Below the pieces are notes generated by a model that had not been told where the DNA came from, did no database searches, and worked only from the letters and a program-made list of their open reading frames with translations. Shown here piece after piece: positions 35,757-49,031 of a stretch of DNA of 64,000 nt (position 1 is its first letter; each line of letters opens with the position of its first letter). Made by a program: the position numbers and the translations under genes. The stretch is taken from positions 186,001 to 250,000 of the forward strand of contig NW_005434664.1 of assembly GCF_000315625.1 (NCBI RefSeq), in the 5' to 3' direction. This stretch comes from Guillardia theta CCMP2712. Lineage: Eukaryota; Protista; Cryptophyta.

Positions 35757-37518
35757 ATGGAGGGCAAGGTATTCTTCCTGTCCCCGACATGCGGCGCTCT
35801 CAGGATGATGATGATCAAGTCGATGATCGAGAAATCTGGAGGGCTAGTGGAGAAGAGAGAGGGGGCACGCGCTGACTACTTTGTGTTCGACAAAACTGTC
35901 GCAGCGTGCAGGAAGAAGGTAGGCGGCGGTCGGATGCTGATGTCACTCCGTGACAGCTGGGCAGGTGGAAGACTTGAGGCGCTCCTTCCAGAGGTTCGAG
36001 GGTGCAAAGCCCGTTCACGTGCAATGGCTCGAGCAGACATTGAGGTATCGCGGCAAAGGAACGGCTTCTTACCCTGTATGATGATGCTGAAACAAGGAAC
36101 AACACTTGGCAAGACCCCCCCGTAGTCCCTCTGCCGAGGTTGTATGGAGACTCTCCTGCCCTTTGTGTGACACTGCCCTCCCGGAAAGTTCTGAGGAGGA
36201 GAGAGAAAGAGATGCGGAGGAGGGCAGAGAAAGGGAATCGCTAGAGGTGAGAGAGGAAGGGGGTAACGAAGTGCTCAATTGTTCTTCATGCTAACAGCCA
36301 CGGAACTTGGCAGGCAGTGCCGAAGAAGAGGCGAATGACGGAGGATTTGGACAAAGAACAAGTTGAAGACGACAACCAGACTGTCTGCCATGCATCTTCC
36401 ATGTCATGACACCTCACTGTTGAACAGCGAATCCTTGCGGAAGAGTCGAGATTCACGCCGTATGCTCCAAACGAGCGGCGAGGCCGACCTGTCCTCTCAG
36501 GACATTTCGAGCATGTGAGGAGCATGATGCAAATGCTCCATGTCTACTGATGAGCATTCATGCAGGCGCTGTTGGACATTCTCGACAACCTTGGAAAGCA
36601 TCGGTCATCTGTACTGCTGGAGGACAAGTGAACATTTCTCTTTCAATCCATCTAATTTGTCCAATTAAGTTTGTTGCTGCACTGCAGACGCTGTGTTGTT
36701 ATCTATGATGGCTTCCCCAAGGCAAGGTGCGCAGGAAATTGTGCATCACCGATCGTCTGATCGTTCCAAGATATCACTCATTGGTCCTGCCCAAAGAGAA
36801 AATCATGTCCATACATGACCTCAAGAGGAGCAATCTCGAAGTTTTGAGGTTGAAGCTTTCAAAACAACTGTTCTCAGTGTCAAACTTGAACGTGTAGACA
36901 TATGCATGAGATAGCCGTCAAGCTAACAAAACATCTTCGACAAGGTGTTTTGGCACAACTGACACACCTACACTGAATCGATTGTAACAGATTCAGGTTG
37001 CGAGGAGCTCTCTTTCAGAATAGGATACCATTCTGTAAGTTCTTGCACCGGTTGCCTTGCAAAACACGTTTCTCTTGACTTCGAACGCGTCATGACGAGG
37101 TAGATCCCGTCTCTGAAGCTCCTTCACCTGCACGTCATATCCACAGACTTTGACTCCCCATGCTTGAAGAACAAGAAGCATTGGAACTCGTTTCAGGTCT
37201 CTCAGCCTTGCAAGTGTCTCTCTCTTGACGGTCAATATCAGCCGCCATTCTTCATCGACAGCGGGATGCTCATGGAGGATCTTGAAAGGAACGGCAAGAT
37301 CTCGATCAATAAGGAACAAGCGCTGTAAGTGACAGATGCCTGATCGCTTCGTCCTTGACAACTTGGCAGTCAATGGCTCAAGGACGACATGATATCACAT
37401 CGCACAGAAGAAGTGCGTCGATCGTTGAACGCTTCACTTCTTCGTGCTGACGTTGACTCAGAAAATGAAGAATATTCCAGCATTGAAAGACCATCTTGCA
37501 AGGCATAATGTGAGTTGA
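35757..37518 (+). CDS. APTX: Aprataxin-like HIT protein with an N-terminal BRCT domain
   Basis: Spliced [74 protein letters not shown]-like [32 protein letters not shown]. Confidence 0.85.
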
Positions 37519-37792
37519 TATCAGTTGCCCTGTGTGAGTTTTTCATTACATCAGGTGCAAGAAACCAGTATGTACAGGTAAAGTCTACTAATCAACAAAT
37601 CCAACAGTCAACAACTCAAAATTGTTTGTCCCGCGCCAACAGCAGGATAGACCTTGAACATATCAAAACAATAAACAAACAACAAGCATCATTCAATGTC
37701 AATGTTGCTTCTGAAGTCGTAGTTGTTTTCAGGGGTTTCAGGGGGGGTCCATGGCGAGTTGATATCCTCCTGACAACATTTCAGTCAGTGTG

Positions 37793-38698
37793 TCAGAATC
37801 GCTCAAACACGCATGAAACCTCGTCGATTGAAAACTCTTTTTTCTTTGCTTTCCTTGACGTAAAGCTGTTTTGCGATCTCTTGTTGGACGCAATCAAACT
37901 CGCTTGCTTGATCTCTTTCTCCAGGTCTATTGAGTCTCGAGCAATGAGTTCGATCTCCGATCGATGGTACTTGGGGTACAACCCCTCTTCCTCCTCCTTC
38001 TCCTCCACTACATCCGACAGGAAGGATTCCTCAAAAGCATCGTCTGCCCCATCCAGATGGCTCCTTTCCAATTTAACAGCACAATCCTTCAATGGATTGA
38101 ACTTATTCTCTTCGTCAAAGCACCTCCCGCTGATTTCTTGCAACATGCTTGCCCCGGCATTGCGGCAGCTTAGGTTTTGACTGGTCCGCCCGTTCCACAA
38201 GGCGGGATATCCTGAGTATTTCTCTGCATGAGGAGCAGGTAAGAGGTCATGGCAGCTGGCAAGAGCACAAGGAGCAGGCAGCTGACCTGTTGTGGAGGAG
38301 AAAACATCAAAATTGCCTCCTTCCAGATCAAACTTTGTCCTCAGAGGGCTAGCATGTTGGAATAAAATCTGTTTGTGGTCCATGTTGCACATCGCTGGAC
38401 GGAGACGAGGCCGGGGAGAGTCTGCAAACTGGTTCGAAGCGTTCTTCAGAGGCTCCATTTTGAGGATCCTTGAGATAGATGATTGTCTGATCGGAAACTT
38501 GGGAAATAGTTCTTTCGACGTATCGCGAATGATGAAGGTATCTTGTTCTTCGCCCTTGACCTCTTGAGACGAGACGTTCCCTTCCTTGTTATCGTTCGAC
38601 ATGTTCTCATTTCTCTTGGTCACAACCAGGCTTGATCTGGGAATAGCCAACAAGTACGTCCGTTCCGCACTTTCTTGCTTCCCAAGAGTCCCTGCCAC
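37793..38698 (-). CDS. Hypothetical protein (main exon; ends uncertain)
   Basis: 301-codon open frame with an acidic/basic low-complexity C-terminus; no family recognised. Confidence 0.4.
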   Translation of the reverse strand: MAGTLGKQESAERTYLLAIPRSSLVVTKRNENMSNDNKEGNVSSQEVKGEEQDTFIIRDTSKELFPKFPIRQSSISRILKMEPLKNASNQFADSPRPRLRPAMCNMDHKQILFQHASPLRTKFDLEGGNFDVFSSTTGQLPAPCALASCHDLLPAPHAEKYSGYPALWNGRTSQNLSCRNAGASMLQEISGRCFDEENKFNPLKDCAVKLERSHLDGADDAFEESFLSDVVEEKEEEEGLYPKYHRSEIELIARDSIDLEKEIKQASLIASNKRSQNSFTSRKAKKKEFSIDEVSCVFERF

Positions 38699-39806
38699 CT
38701 GAGTGAATGTTCAGGTTCTGCAGTACGAACCCCTCCTCGACTTCCATCAACTCCTGTCGACTCACCACAACTCTGCTGTTGCGCAAGTACCTCCAGCTGC
38801 TCCTGCCACCGATTCCTGGCCGATATTGGTTGTAGTAGTCGGCAAGGTAACTCTCAGCCTCGGCAAGTCGTTGAGCAGATCGTCCTGCTCAGTAAGAGTT
38901 ACAGAAGCCGAACACATCCAGCACTAAGAAACTTCTTCAGTCGCTTCCGAGAGCCCTCCATTCCCCACTTTCTACCGACTCTCCCACCCTCATTCTGTCT
39001 CAACCTCTTCTCCCAGTGCCTTTTCCAGCACACGTCACATTCCCCCTCGGACTAATCGGCGACTGTTCTCATGCTTGTTCTGAGCTCTGCTCTCCCTCCC
39101 CCTCCCCCTCCCCCTCCCCCTCCCTCTTCTCATCACACATTCCCCTCCTCTTCCCCCCTCCTCACCATGGCCGCGGCTGATCATCGGCTGATCCATCAGT
39201 GGCCGCATGGAGCTAAGCGAGCATTTTGTGCCTGGAATTGCCGGGGGTGGAAATACGGGCTGGGGGGTGGGGCAGGGTGGGATGGTTTCAGAGTAGGGGT
39301 AGTTCCTAGACTAATTGGACCCGTAGGAATGATACCTGTCACTGTAGGTAAGGGGTGGGGGTGATCTGATTGGCACCGAGCCTCGGAGGGGGTAGTTGAT
39401 GCCCTACTTGAGGTCACCTACCCCTTTCTAGGCCAGCAACTTCTAGTACATTTGGGGGGTACCAGTACCCCCTCAAGCTAGAGGTACTCATCAATCGAAA
39501 GGTGCACGACACGGGGTCCTGGACCACCCCAATGACACCCAGTGATTTGTACTTCTAACGTAGGTGGGTAGTCTTGTGGGTTCACTCATACACAGGGGTG
39601 GTAGGTTTCAAGGCCTTTGACCTTTTTGTTTCTCGATTTGACAAGATCGGCGAAATGAGCCGCGAGTCGCGGCGTGCGGGCTGAAGAGCGTGTGGAGGAG
39701 GAGGAGAGTCGAAGAGAACCAGCAGAGAGGTCAGCTGGTTGTGATGATGGAGGAGGAGGGGACTTTGTCGCTGGCGACGATTGAAGAGTAAGAATTGCAG
39801 CGGGGA

Positions 39807-42800
39807 ATGAGCAGGACGAAATCGTCGAGCTCTTCGGATCGCCGAATGCATCCAGATCAAGAGCATGGGAGGGAGGTGAAGGTGGAGGGAGCAGGAGTGG
39901 GGCTGAGCGGTCAACCCAACCAGGAGAGGGGAGGGAGGAGATTGAATGACGGCAATTATGAAGCACTGATGGAGGATAACTCTGAGATAAGCGAAGACGA
40001 GAAACAGCAGTTGATCAAGATGCGAAAGGCGCTGGAGCACGAAATGGAAGAAATGCAGAAGATATATCAGGAATTCTCTGGTCATGCCGCTTCTCTTCTC
40101 TTCATCTTTTGTAGATGTCACTTTTTCGATTTTGTTTCAAACCCCTCGTTCTTCGTTTGTTGAGTGCTGACGTTGAATCACAGGCAAGTATGGGATCTCC
40201 GCCGGAGAAATACAAAGAGACGAGAATGATCTAAGAATGCAGGTGTTGACACCTTGCTCTGGATAGACTCAAGCTGTTCTTTGTGACCATGTCCAGATTC
40301 AAAGCATCGACGAGAGACTGAACGAGATTGATAAACAGCAGTCGAGCGAGTTCAGGTTGTCTTGACTTTGACTTCAAAGGAGGTTGACAGGTGCTGCAGG
40401 CAATTCGATTCCTTGACAGGATCAGATGCGAACTCAAGGTCAGCCCCACAGCACCCGGTGCCATTGGATTGAAATGATTCTGAGTATGACTGATGAATGT
40501 CTGCGCAGGAACCTCGGGGAAAGACAAGCAATGGAATCGAGAGGGAAGGAACAAAACCAGTTGAGAACGACGGACTTTCCTCAGATGGAAATGCCAGCAA
40601 CTTCGTCGATCGATTGCAGTCTGGCGGAGCTGGGGTTTACCATGGCATGTCTACGCAAGATGACAGCTATTTCTCCGAGGTGTTTTTTAAGTCTCGCCCT
40701 TTGACAAGTTGACATTGACCGCTGGTGTGAAAGAGTGCCAGTCAGCTGGCGTCAGGTGATGGCCGACTTCGTCGATCCAACGGGGACGAGAGTTACAATG
40801 AAGAGGATGATGATGACATTTCATCGGAGGGATTGGAGGTGAGCTGTAGAGATGGGGTAAAGATGCTGACCTGGCTCAAAGGAGCTCAAAGAGTACCTGT
40901 GGATGGTAAAACCAGAGAAATTTCACAAGATTGCTGCTATGAATGGCATTGAGGTGCCCAACCTCTTTACTCTCATCTCCCACGTTCTTCTGCTACCCTC
41001 CCCCCACCTCTCCATCTAGTTGCTCTGCTGCGATTGGAATGATCTATCTTGCAGGACGTCTCTGGGCGTTCAAGACACGATATGGTGGAGCATCTCATGG
41101 AGCTGTTCTTGAACTCGAACGATGGGTTGCAGGTGATGATACGAGAAATTTGAGATCCTCCTCCCGTTTCATCAAGTTTCACTCGCTTTCTCCCTGTGTC
41201 ATGCTTTTCTCTCCTTTCTGTCAGCCACAACCTCACATTTTTCTCAGCTCCCGGACGAAAGCAGCGAAAGCGAGCAGGAGGACCTTTCGGAGGGGCTCAA
41301 CACTCGAGGGAGGGCGACACTGCAGCTAGACACCATCGCCTCGACCCCAGAGTCAGAGCGAGTGGAGGAAGGAGAACGTCGACGGGACTGGGCAGGGGAG
41401 ACGAAGGAGGGACAGGATCGACAAGGCTGGGGGAAGGAGGACCTGGACGACTTTTCACGGACTCTGCGGAGGGAGCAGCTGAGGCGGAGTGACGACGAAG
41501 GGACCAGGGGCGAGGATGGAGGGGAGAGGCAGGCTGATGAGCCGATCGTCGCACGCATCGACCATGGCAGTGCTCAATATGAGCATAATCACGAGGGACT
41601 GGGAGATGATGATGATGATGATGATGATCATCATCATCATCAGCAGCAGCAGCATCATCAGCAGCATCATCAGCATCATCAGCGACATCACGATTCTCTG
41701 TCTTCCGATCAAGGATCTCATGGTCATCTTCAACATCAAGACCATGAGCAGCAGCAGGAGCATTATCATCATCATCATCATCATCATCACCATCATCATC
41801 CTCGTCATCCTCAGCAGCATCAGCAAGAGCCAGAGCCGAGAGAGCACGAAGATTTCGGTGGAGTTGAAGTGAATCACCTTCATCCCCCTGCTCCCCATCT
41901 CCCACGGGGTAAAGACGTCGCCAGGACTTCATCAGCTAGCAGTCAGCAGCAGCGGGAGGAAGAAAACTTCCGACCTTCGTCGCGCTCGTCTCTCTCCTCT
42001 GGTTTCTCCCGTGGTCAAAGTGAGACTACCTCTGCTCCTCACCGCCAGCTTCCAGGACGCGCTCCTTCTGCTCACTCAGCCGCTTCCTCCCAGTCGAACT
42101 TTTCTGGCTCCACCAAAGTCTCTCAGATCAGAGCCATGTACGAGGACATGTCCACCACCTCCTCTGCTGCACCGCAACATGCTCCTCTTCGTCATCATGC
42201 AGGAGGAGGAGGAGGAGGAGGAGGAGATCATACTATCCTGGTCAGCCATCAGTACAAGACACATGCCTCTTCCTCTCAACCTCCCAAGAACTTCGGCAAG
42301 ACAGGAGCAGATGTTCTGAGCATGTTGCAAGGAGGAGGAGGAGGAGGAGGAGGAGGAGGAGGAGGAGGAGGAGGAGGAGGAGGTGAGGGTCACCTCCTCC
42401 TCCTCCTCCTGCTGCTGGTGGATGAGGAGGAGGAGGAGGAGGAGGTGGAGCGGAGGTGGTGGTGGTGGTGGTGTTGTCGTTGGTGGTGGTGGTGGTGGTG
42501 GTGGTGGTGGAGGAGGAGTAGTAGGAGGAGGAGGAGGCGGCAGCAGCAGCAGCAGCAGCTGGTCGTCGTTGCTGATGAGGAGCAGTAGTAGTAGTAGNNN
42601 NNNNNNNNNNNNNNNNNNNNNNNNNNNNNNNNNNNNNNNNNNNNNNNNNNNNNNNNNNNNNNNNNNNNNNNNNNNNNNNNNNNNNNNNNNNNNNNNNAGG
42701 AGGAGGAGGAAGACAGGAGAAGTTGCGTCAGGTGTGTGAATGGCTCCTCTCGTTTAAGCTGATGCGCTTGTACAGGACAAGTCAGCCATTCCTCAAGGTC

Positions 42801-45800
42801 CTCTTGTGACAAAACGATCTTCCTCCTCCTCCTCCTTCCCTCCTACCTTTCACTGCTTCCCGTCTCCCTCTTCCCTGCCTCCTCCTGCTTCCCTCCTCCC
42901 TCCCTCTCCCCTGCCTCCTCCCTCCTCGCCTTCCATCGTCCATCTGTTATCATGTCCATTCTTCCTCCTCTCACACGAGCTTACAGATCAGCACGACGGC
43001 GAGCGGCGATGGGAACAGTTGGGAAGGGATGACGCGGATGTTGAGCAGAGGAGGAGCAACGCGGTCGACGGCTTGTCAACTGTCGAGTTTGCGCGCGAAA
43101 TTGACAAGCTGTCAACTGCCAGCAGCAGCGCTCAGCAGGGTCAAACTGCCCAGCTGGACTCGAAAGGGATGCTGTCTTCCATGCTGTCTGAGTACGACCA
43201 CGACATCGAGGAAATCCTCCACCTCTACCTCAAGGATCCTCCGAGAAAGTCAGGAGGAGGATCAGTGGGGGGAGGAGGAAGAGGGGGAGGAGGGGGAGGA
43301 GGAGGAGGAGGAGGTGGTGGTGGTGGTGGAGGAGGAGCAGGAGGTGGAGGAGAATCGCCTCGACGCGAGACGGCAACGACACTGGGAGCAGGAGGGATCT
43401 CCGTGCCAGAGAAGATGCGCTCTCCGAGGAGGCAGAATACGCTGCGCGATCGCAACTCGTGGGAGGAGAAGGTGGAGCAGCTGATGTCTACAGTCGAGGG
43501 CCTCTCCGCCCAGACAGCCCGCCAGCTCCTTTCACACACGGAGGGGTCTCTGCGGCAGAGCATCCTGATAGCCCAAGACGCCATGGCGAACGTGGCGCAC
43601 GAGGAGAGCACGGCCTTCTCCTCGTCCTGCTTCTCCTCAATCTCCCGCCCCTCGGAGTTCGCGCTCATGTCCACCAGCTCCAGGGGGCAGCTGGGCGATG
43701 ACGTCATCAGCATGTCCCTGCTCCTCCAGCTCTCAGACATCTCCGACATGGCAGCGTTCTGCCGGGAGGTCAGAGCCGAGCTGAGCGCTGCGTGCCAGGT
43801 GGAGAAGTCAGACGTCCTGCTGAAGAACGTCAGGGCTGGCAGCGTCATCGTCGACTTCTACGTGCAAGGTCATGAGCAGGAGGACATGGTTCAGGTAGAG
43901 TCCTGCTGCTGCACCTTCTGCCCTGCACCCTCCCTCCCTCCATCTCTCTTGTGCCCTCTTCTTGCCCTTGTCCTCGACCTCCTCGTCCTCGTCCCAATCC
44001 TGTTCTTCGCCTCCTTCTCATCTCCTCCTCCCCTCCTCCTCCTTCTCTCTGCATTCACCTTCAACCTTCTCTTCATCATGAGATGATCCATACATCTTTC
44101 TCTCATCTCTCGCTCACGTCTCCTCTGCGACACCTCTGACTGATCGCTCTCCTCTCTCTTCACTTCTCCATCTCCCTTCTCTCCTCTCTTCCAACCTTCT
44201 CCTTCCAGCTGTTGAACGAGCAGCTCCAACATCCCAACAGTCGGCTCCGTCAGGGAAGGCACACTCGTCATGCTCTCAACTTCTTCCTCCTCGCACATGC
44301 CGCAAAGCCGCTGGCCAGCATGATGCAGACCGTCTCCCTCCCTCCTCCTCACCTGCTGGACCCGGACACACTCCTTCCTCTCCATCGCTGGACGGACGGG
44401 GTGAGTCCGAGGGCGACAAACCTGTGGGGCACTAGCAAGACGCAGGTCTACGAGGAGGGGAGGAGGCGGCGAGAGGAAGAGGAAGAGGAGAGGGAGAGTG
44501 ACCTTGGGAGCTTGCCGGACTCTAGCGATGACGGGAGAGGAGCGTGGGATAGGAGGGGGACAACAACCTCGGGTATGAGGATCAGGACAGCCCGTGGAGT
44601 CGCCGACATGAAGGGAGGAGGGGGAGGGAGGAGGAGGGGGGAGGAGAGAGGGAGCCAGCGTTGGAGCGGGATGCTGCGCTACCGGACAGACGAGCACGTG
44701 ATCATGCCGGGGTATCGGGCGAGCACAGGAGGCGTGAATGAGGTGAGAAACGTGATGAAATGTTCAGCTGGATGAGAGCTGGGTAGGAGGAGCATCCGGT
44801 GCTGGGGACGTTCGAGGTGGTACCGATGGAAGACGCTCCGATGGATGTTGTCAGGTGAAGGAAGGGGAGGAAAACAATCAGGAAGAGAAGGGGGAGGATG
44901 AGAAGAGAAGAGAGAGGAGTGGAGCAGACTATTACGAAGTGGGGAGAGGGATCACAGATATGAGAAGGATCAGTGGAGGGAGGAGGGAGCTAAAATATTG
45001 TATTGGCTTCAGGGGGGAGGAGGGAGGGGGGAGGAGGGGAGAGAAGAAACAGAGGAGAGGGGAGCGAGGAGCGAGGAGCGAGGAGGAGAAGGAAAAGAGG
45101 TGAATCAGATGGCAGGAAGCGAATCTGTGGGGAGATCTCGCGCATGCTCTTGCTGCCAGAGGACGGCTTTGAGCTTCTTCAGCTCCGCTCCATCGGTCGC
45201 CGTCGCCTGCGCGCGTCTGTCCTTCTTCACAAGCACGGGGACAGCAGCGGGGAGGAGCTGTGGAGGAAGATGAGGAAGCTGGTTCTTGCTGGAGGATGGG
45301 GTGAGAGCTGGTGATGACGAGCAAGGCAGATGATGGACGGCCGGTACATTCCCGCAGACAGAAGGCTGAGGTGAGGATGGGAGGAAGGAGGAAAAGGAGA
45401 GGGAGGAGGAGAGAATAGGTGGAGGGAAGAAACTTTGGGGCCAGGAGGCGAGTAGTAGGAGACTGCAGAGCTGAACGAGATCAATAGGTTCACGCTGCTG
45501 GATGACGCGGAGGGGAGGCAGCAGGAGGACGAGAACGGCAGGGAACTTTTTCTGCTCTGAAAGAGAGCACAACAAAACTTTGAAGGATGTAATGAATTCA
45601 GGGAGCAAGGAGAGCAGTGGAGGTCGAGGATCGAAGGGTTGACTCGTGCTAGGGGAAAGAGGAAGGGAGGGCAGAGTGACTTCAGGAAGAGAGAAGATCA
45701 GGGCAGAAGGGGTGGGAGAATGGAAGAGGAGGCAGAGAGAGAGGGAGGAGGGAGGAGGGAGGATCCGAGTTGAGCGGGCTTCAGCAGCCATCAGGGATGA

Positions 45801-45960
45801 CTGAGCAGTCGATACCGTGCGAGCCCTGGAGGAGGAGAGCGTAAGGGCGAGAGCGGCTGCTGGTTGTGGAGGAGATTTACCTTGAGCTCATGAGCAGGGG
45901 GCGTCAAAGCGCCTGTCACTCTGTTCCTCTTGGTCTTATACATGGTGATCTGCACGTGGA
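39807..45960 (+). CDS. Large multi-exon low-complexity protein(s) with coiled coil, His/Gln/Gly tracts and a SEA-like domain; spans an assembly gap
   Basis: Exon chain QQLIKMRKALEHEMEEMQKIYQEF.., ELKEYLWMVKPEK.., His-rich 41362-42380, and VRAELSAACQVEKSDVLLKNVRAGSVIVDF..LNEQLQHPNSRLRQGRHTRHA. Could be two genes. Confidence 0.45.
42598..42697. other. Assembly gap (100 N) flanked by GGA/GGT/CAG/TAG microsatellites
   Basis: Run of n. Confidence 1.
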
Positions 45961-46153
45961 TATCAGAAGCGAGGAGGGAGCATGTAGGAAAGAAGGGAGG
46001 GCAGAAGAGAGGAAGGAGGAAGAACGACAGAGGGAGGAGGGCAGGGGAGAAGAGAGGAAGGAGGAAGAACGACAGAGGAAGGAGGGGAGGGGAGAAGAGA
46101 GGAGGAAACGTGGGGGAAGGGGGGGGGGAGGCGAGAGAAGCGATTGGGGTGCA

Positions 46154-47756
46154 CTAGAATGAGGAGGAGAAACTTTCCTGTCGCTTCATCAGCAGATCGA
46201 CGTTGTTCCTAGCGGCGATGACCTGGAAGGAGAACGACGAATGAGACACACGACGCATCGCATGTGAAGATTAGTCAGGAAGAAGAAGATGATGAGAGGG
46301 AGAGAGGAAGAAAAGATTCGATTCAGAGGAGCGAGGGAGGACAGAGGGAAGGTGGAAGAAATTCTGAGGAGATACGGAGGAAGCAACAAGTACAAAGCAG
46401 GGAGGAGGCCACAAGTGAAGCACAGAGGAGGCGGCTGTTACCTGAATGCATTTCCTCCTTGTTCCTCGAGGGATTGGAGTAGGAGAGCCGTGCTTGTCTA
46501 GGATGGTGTGGCCAGTTTGCGAGCAGAAGTCTGCGAGAGGTTCAGGTGAGAAGGGAGGGGCAAGAGGAGAGGTAGAGCAGGACAAGAGCTCAGATGTGGG
46601 CCAGGGTAGAGGACAGAAGGAGGAGGCAGTCGGCGAATGAGGTCGAAGGTGGACAACAGAGGGCTACAGATCAAGTCTAGCAGCAGCAGCAGCAGCAGCA
46701 GCAGGAAGGTGAATGAACATGATGAAGATGACGGTGATGACCGTGAAGGGGAGGAGGAGGGTCGGGAGGGAGTACAACACAACTCACCGTCATACAACTT
46801 CGAGTCCATGTTCAGATCTCGATGGTACTTGACTCCTGTTGGAAACTTCAAATCTTCCACTCATCGTCCTGCCCCCCTCCCCCCTCCCCCTCCCTCCCTC
46901 CCTCCCTCCCTCCCCTCCCCTCCCTCCCTCCCTCAGACTTTACCGACAGCACGCATCAAGTGTTCCACACAGTCTCTCAGCTGCCTCCCACTCAAGTCTC
47001 TCCCGGCACCTGAAGGGCAGCCGTCAACCCTCCCTCAAGGCAGCTCTCTCTCTCACAGAATTCCCATGGTGTTCTTGTGTAGTTGGCATTCCGATCCCAT
47101 TCTCGTGAGAGATCGTTGACGAGAATCCATGCCGTATGCTTCTCGACCGGCTCCTGGACGCTCAGGGACTTTCTCCCTTCCCTCATCGCGCTGCTCCGAC
47201 TTTCACTGGCCCTCCTCTCCTCCTCGCTGGCGAGCTTGAGCTCGTGGAGGTATTGGTTCAATTTGGATGTTCCCCGCCGAATATTCACGTCCCTCTGAGC
47301 ACGAGGCCTTGATTGCGATTGCAGGAGATGGAGTAGAGCCTCTCCCTTGTTGCCTGTCAGCATAGCCCATTCTTCGATCATCTTGGGATTCGATTTGTAC
47401 AGCTGCTGTACGTCCTTGAGAGCTGAGCCCATCAATGCCCCATCCCCTTGCAGCATCACACGCTTGCCGGTTGAGGACGTATCCTCTACTAGGGCGTCTT
47501 TAGCCACCAACATCAGGGCAGCAACAAACATGAAAGCACTTGCTATTGACAACCCTGATCGAATACGAGCAGTTCCCGAGCGAAACCTCACATGCGAACA
47601 GAGCATGGCGGAGGGTGTGTTGTTTTGGCGAGACTCACAGCATTCTATGCCTTGTTGTTGATGTTCAGCAGCAGAGACTGTCGCGCTACTGCATTCAATG
47701 TCTGCAGTGTCTTCGCGTACAACGAGCGGGTGATCGTTGTTTTCGTTCCAGGGCAT
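46154..47756 (-). CDS. Hypothetical single-pass membrane protein, multi-exon
   Basis: MPWNENNDH..GLSIASAFMFVAALMLVA (TM). Downstream exons QLRDCVEHLMRAV, EDLKFPTGVKYHRDLNMDSKLYD, DFCSQTGH..KCIQ, VIAARNNVDLLMKRQESFSSSF*. Confidence 0.6.
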
Positions 47757-48559
47757 CTCGCACACAAAAACCTGACGAGTCTCACGAGAACAAGGGGAGA
47801 TAACGAGGAAGAGACAAGTCAGATGTTATGCAACAAGACAAGTCAGATCTTGTCCTCTTCCCCCAACCTTGACCTTCTCCACCCCTACTGCGCTGCCATC
47901 GCCCGCCGCTATCTTCCCAAAATATGTCAACGGTTATTTTTTGTAACCGTATCATTCGTTTGACGTTACAAATCTACTTGAGGACGTTACATTTATCGTA
48001 GCGGTGCTAATTTGGGCATGGCAAGCGATGCGGGAAGCAGGATGCAGGAGGAGGAGGGAGGTGGGGGGAGAGAGACGGCCAAGGAGGAGGATAGAGGCAG
48101 ATAGATAGAGGAGAAGCATAGAGATAGATAGATAGTGATAGACGTACACATCGATTATGACAGAATGCAAAATGCAAAAAACAGAGAGACAGATTAACAA
48201 GGGAAACTGAAGTTGGGATACCGCAGCGACAGGAAGACGAAGAACATGGAGGAAGGCATTGGCGATTTTAGCTAGATTTAGAGGCGTCGTCGAAGGAGTG
48301 AAGTATCTTGTTCTGATTGCACTGGCTCAAATGACTGCCGTGACTCTTCAACCTGGATTTGTTCAGAAGGGAGAGAGGAAGTTTGTTGGATCATATGAAT
48401 AGACAGATGAATGGCAGGAGATAGAGCAAAGTCACTTGCGATCAAAAACCAATCTAGGCGTTGAAGGGGTAGTACCGATGAAAGATCCGTATGATTGCTA
48501 TTATGCGCAATGTGCCTTCCTGAGATGGAAAAATCTACGGGATCATCCTGTATTTTCAG

Positions 48560-49031
48560 AAATCAACACACTTCTAGCCGTGGGAAGCACTCCTGACAAT
48601 TAGCCCCTCTTCTCGAAGATTTTCTTTTAGCTGCAAGCACTGAGATCGTCCTCTGACGCTGCTGCAGGCTTAACATGTTCACGGACTTGTGCTTCTTCTC
48701 AATCGACAAGCACTTGGGCATCAACTGTGAGCAAGACTTGTTGTATCGTCTGTTTGCATGATGTGGTGTTGCGCAGATGCTGATGGGGGCATCAATCTTT
48801 CTGGACATAACGGCTATGTCCGGGATTGCACCAGTCTCGGGCCAGACGTTCCACCTGAAGCTGGTCTGTCCCCTTGTCATGCAGCTGAGCGCACTGAACG
48901 CGTTTGCAGGAGCAATGACCCTCTTGCCTCTCTCTGGCGTGAAGACAGCGAAAGGGAAGGGCAAGGCTGCCAAGGGCGCTAAGGCGGCAGCCAAGAGTGG
49001 GCCAACATCGTTCTACGCTGGGATGCAGTGA
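48560..49031 (+). pseudogene. Possible decayed gene; its last exons are duplicated in inverted form at 55586-55872
   Basis: Splice-site-flanked exon-like pieces (LNMFTDLCFFSIDKHLGIN; MLMGASIFLDITA..KAAKGAKAAAKSGPTSFYAGMQ*); the upstream piece has stops in all three frames. Confidence 0.3.

Noticed and set aside
10869-37518. DNA-repair gene cluster (FHA protein, REV1, aprataxin)
   Set aside because: Separated by unrelated genes in mixed orientations; no evidence beyond chance.
42384-42597. Poly-L/E/W/R/Q run protein segment
   Set aside because: A jumble of trinucleotide repeats next to the N gap; likely assembly artefact.
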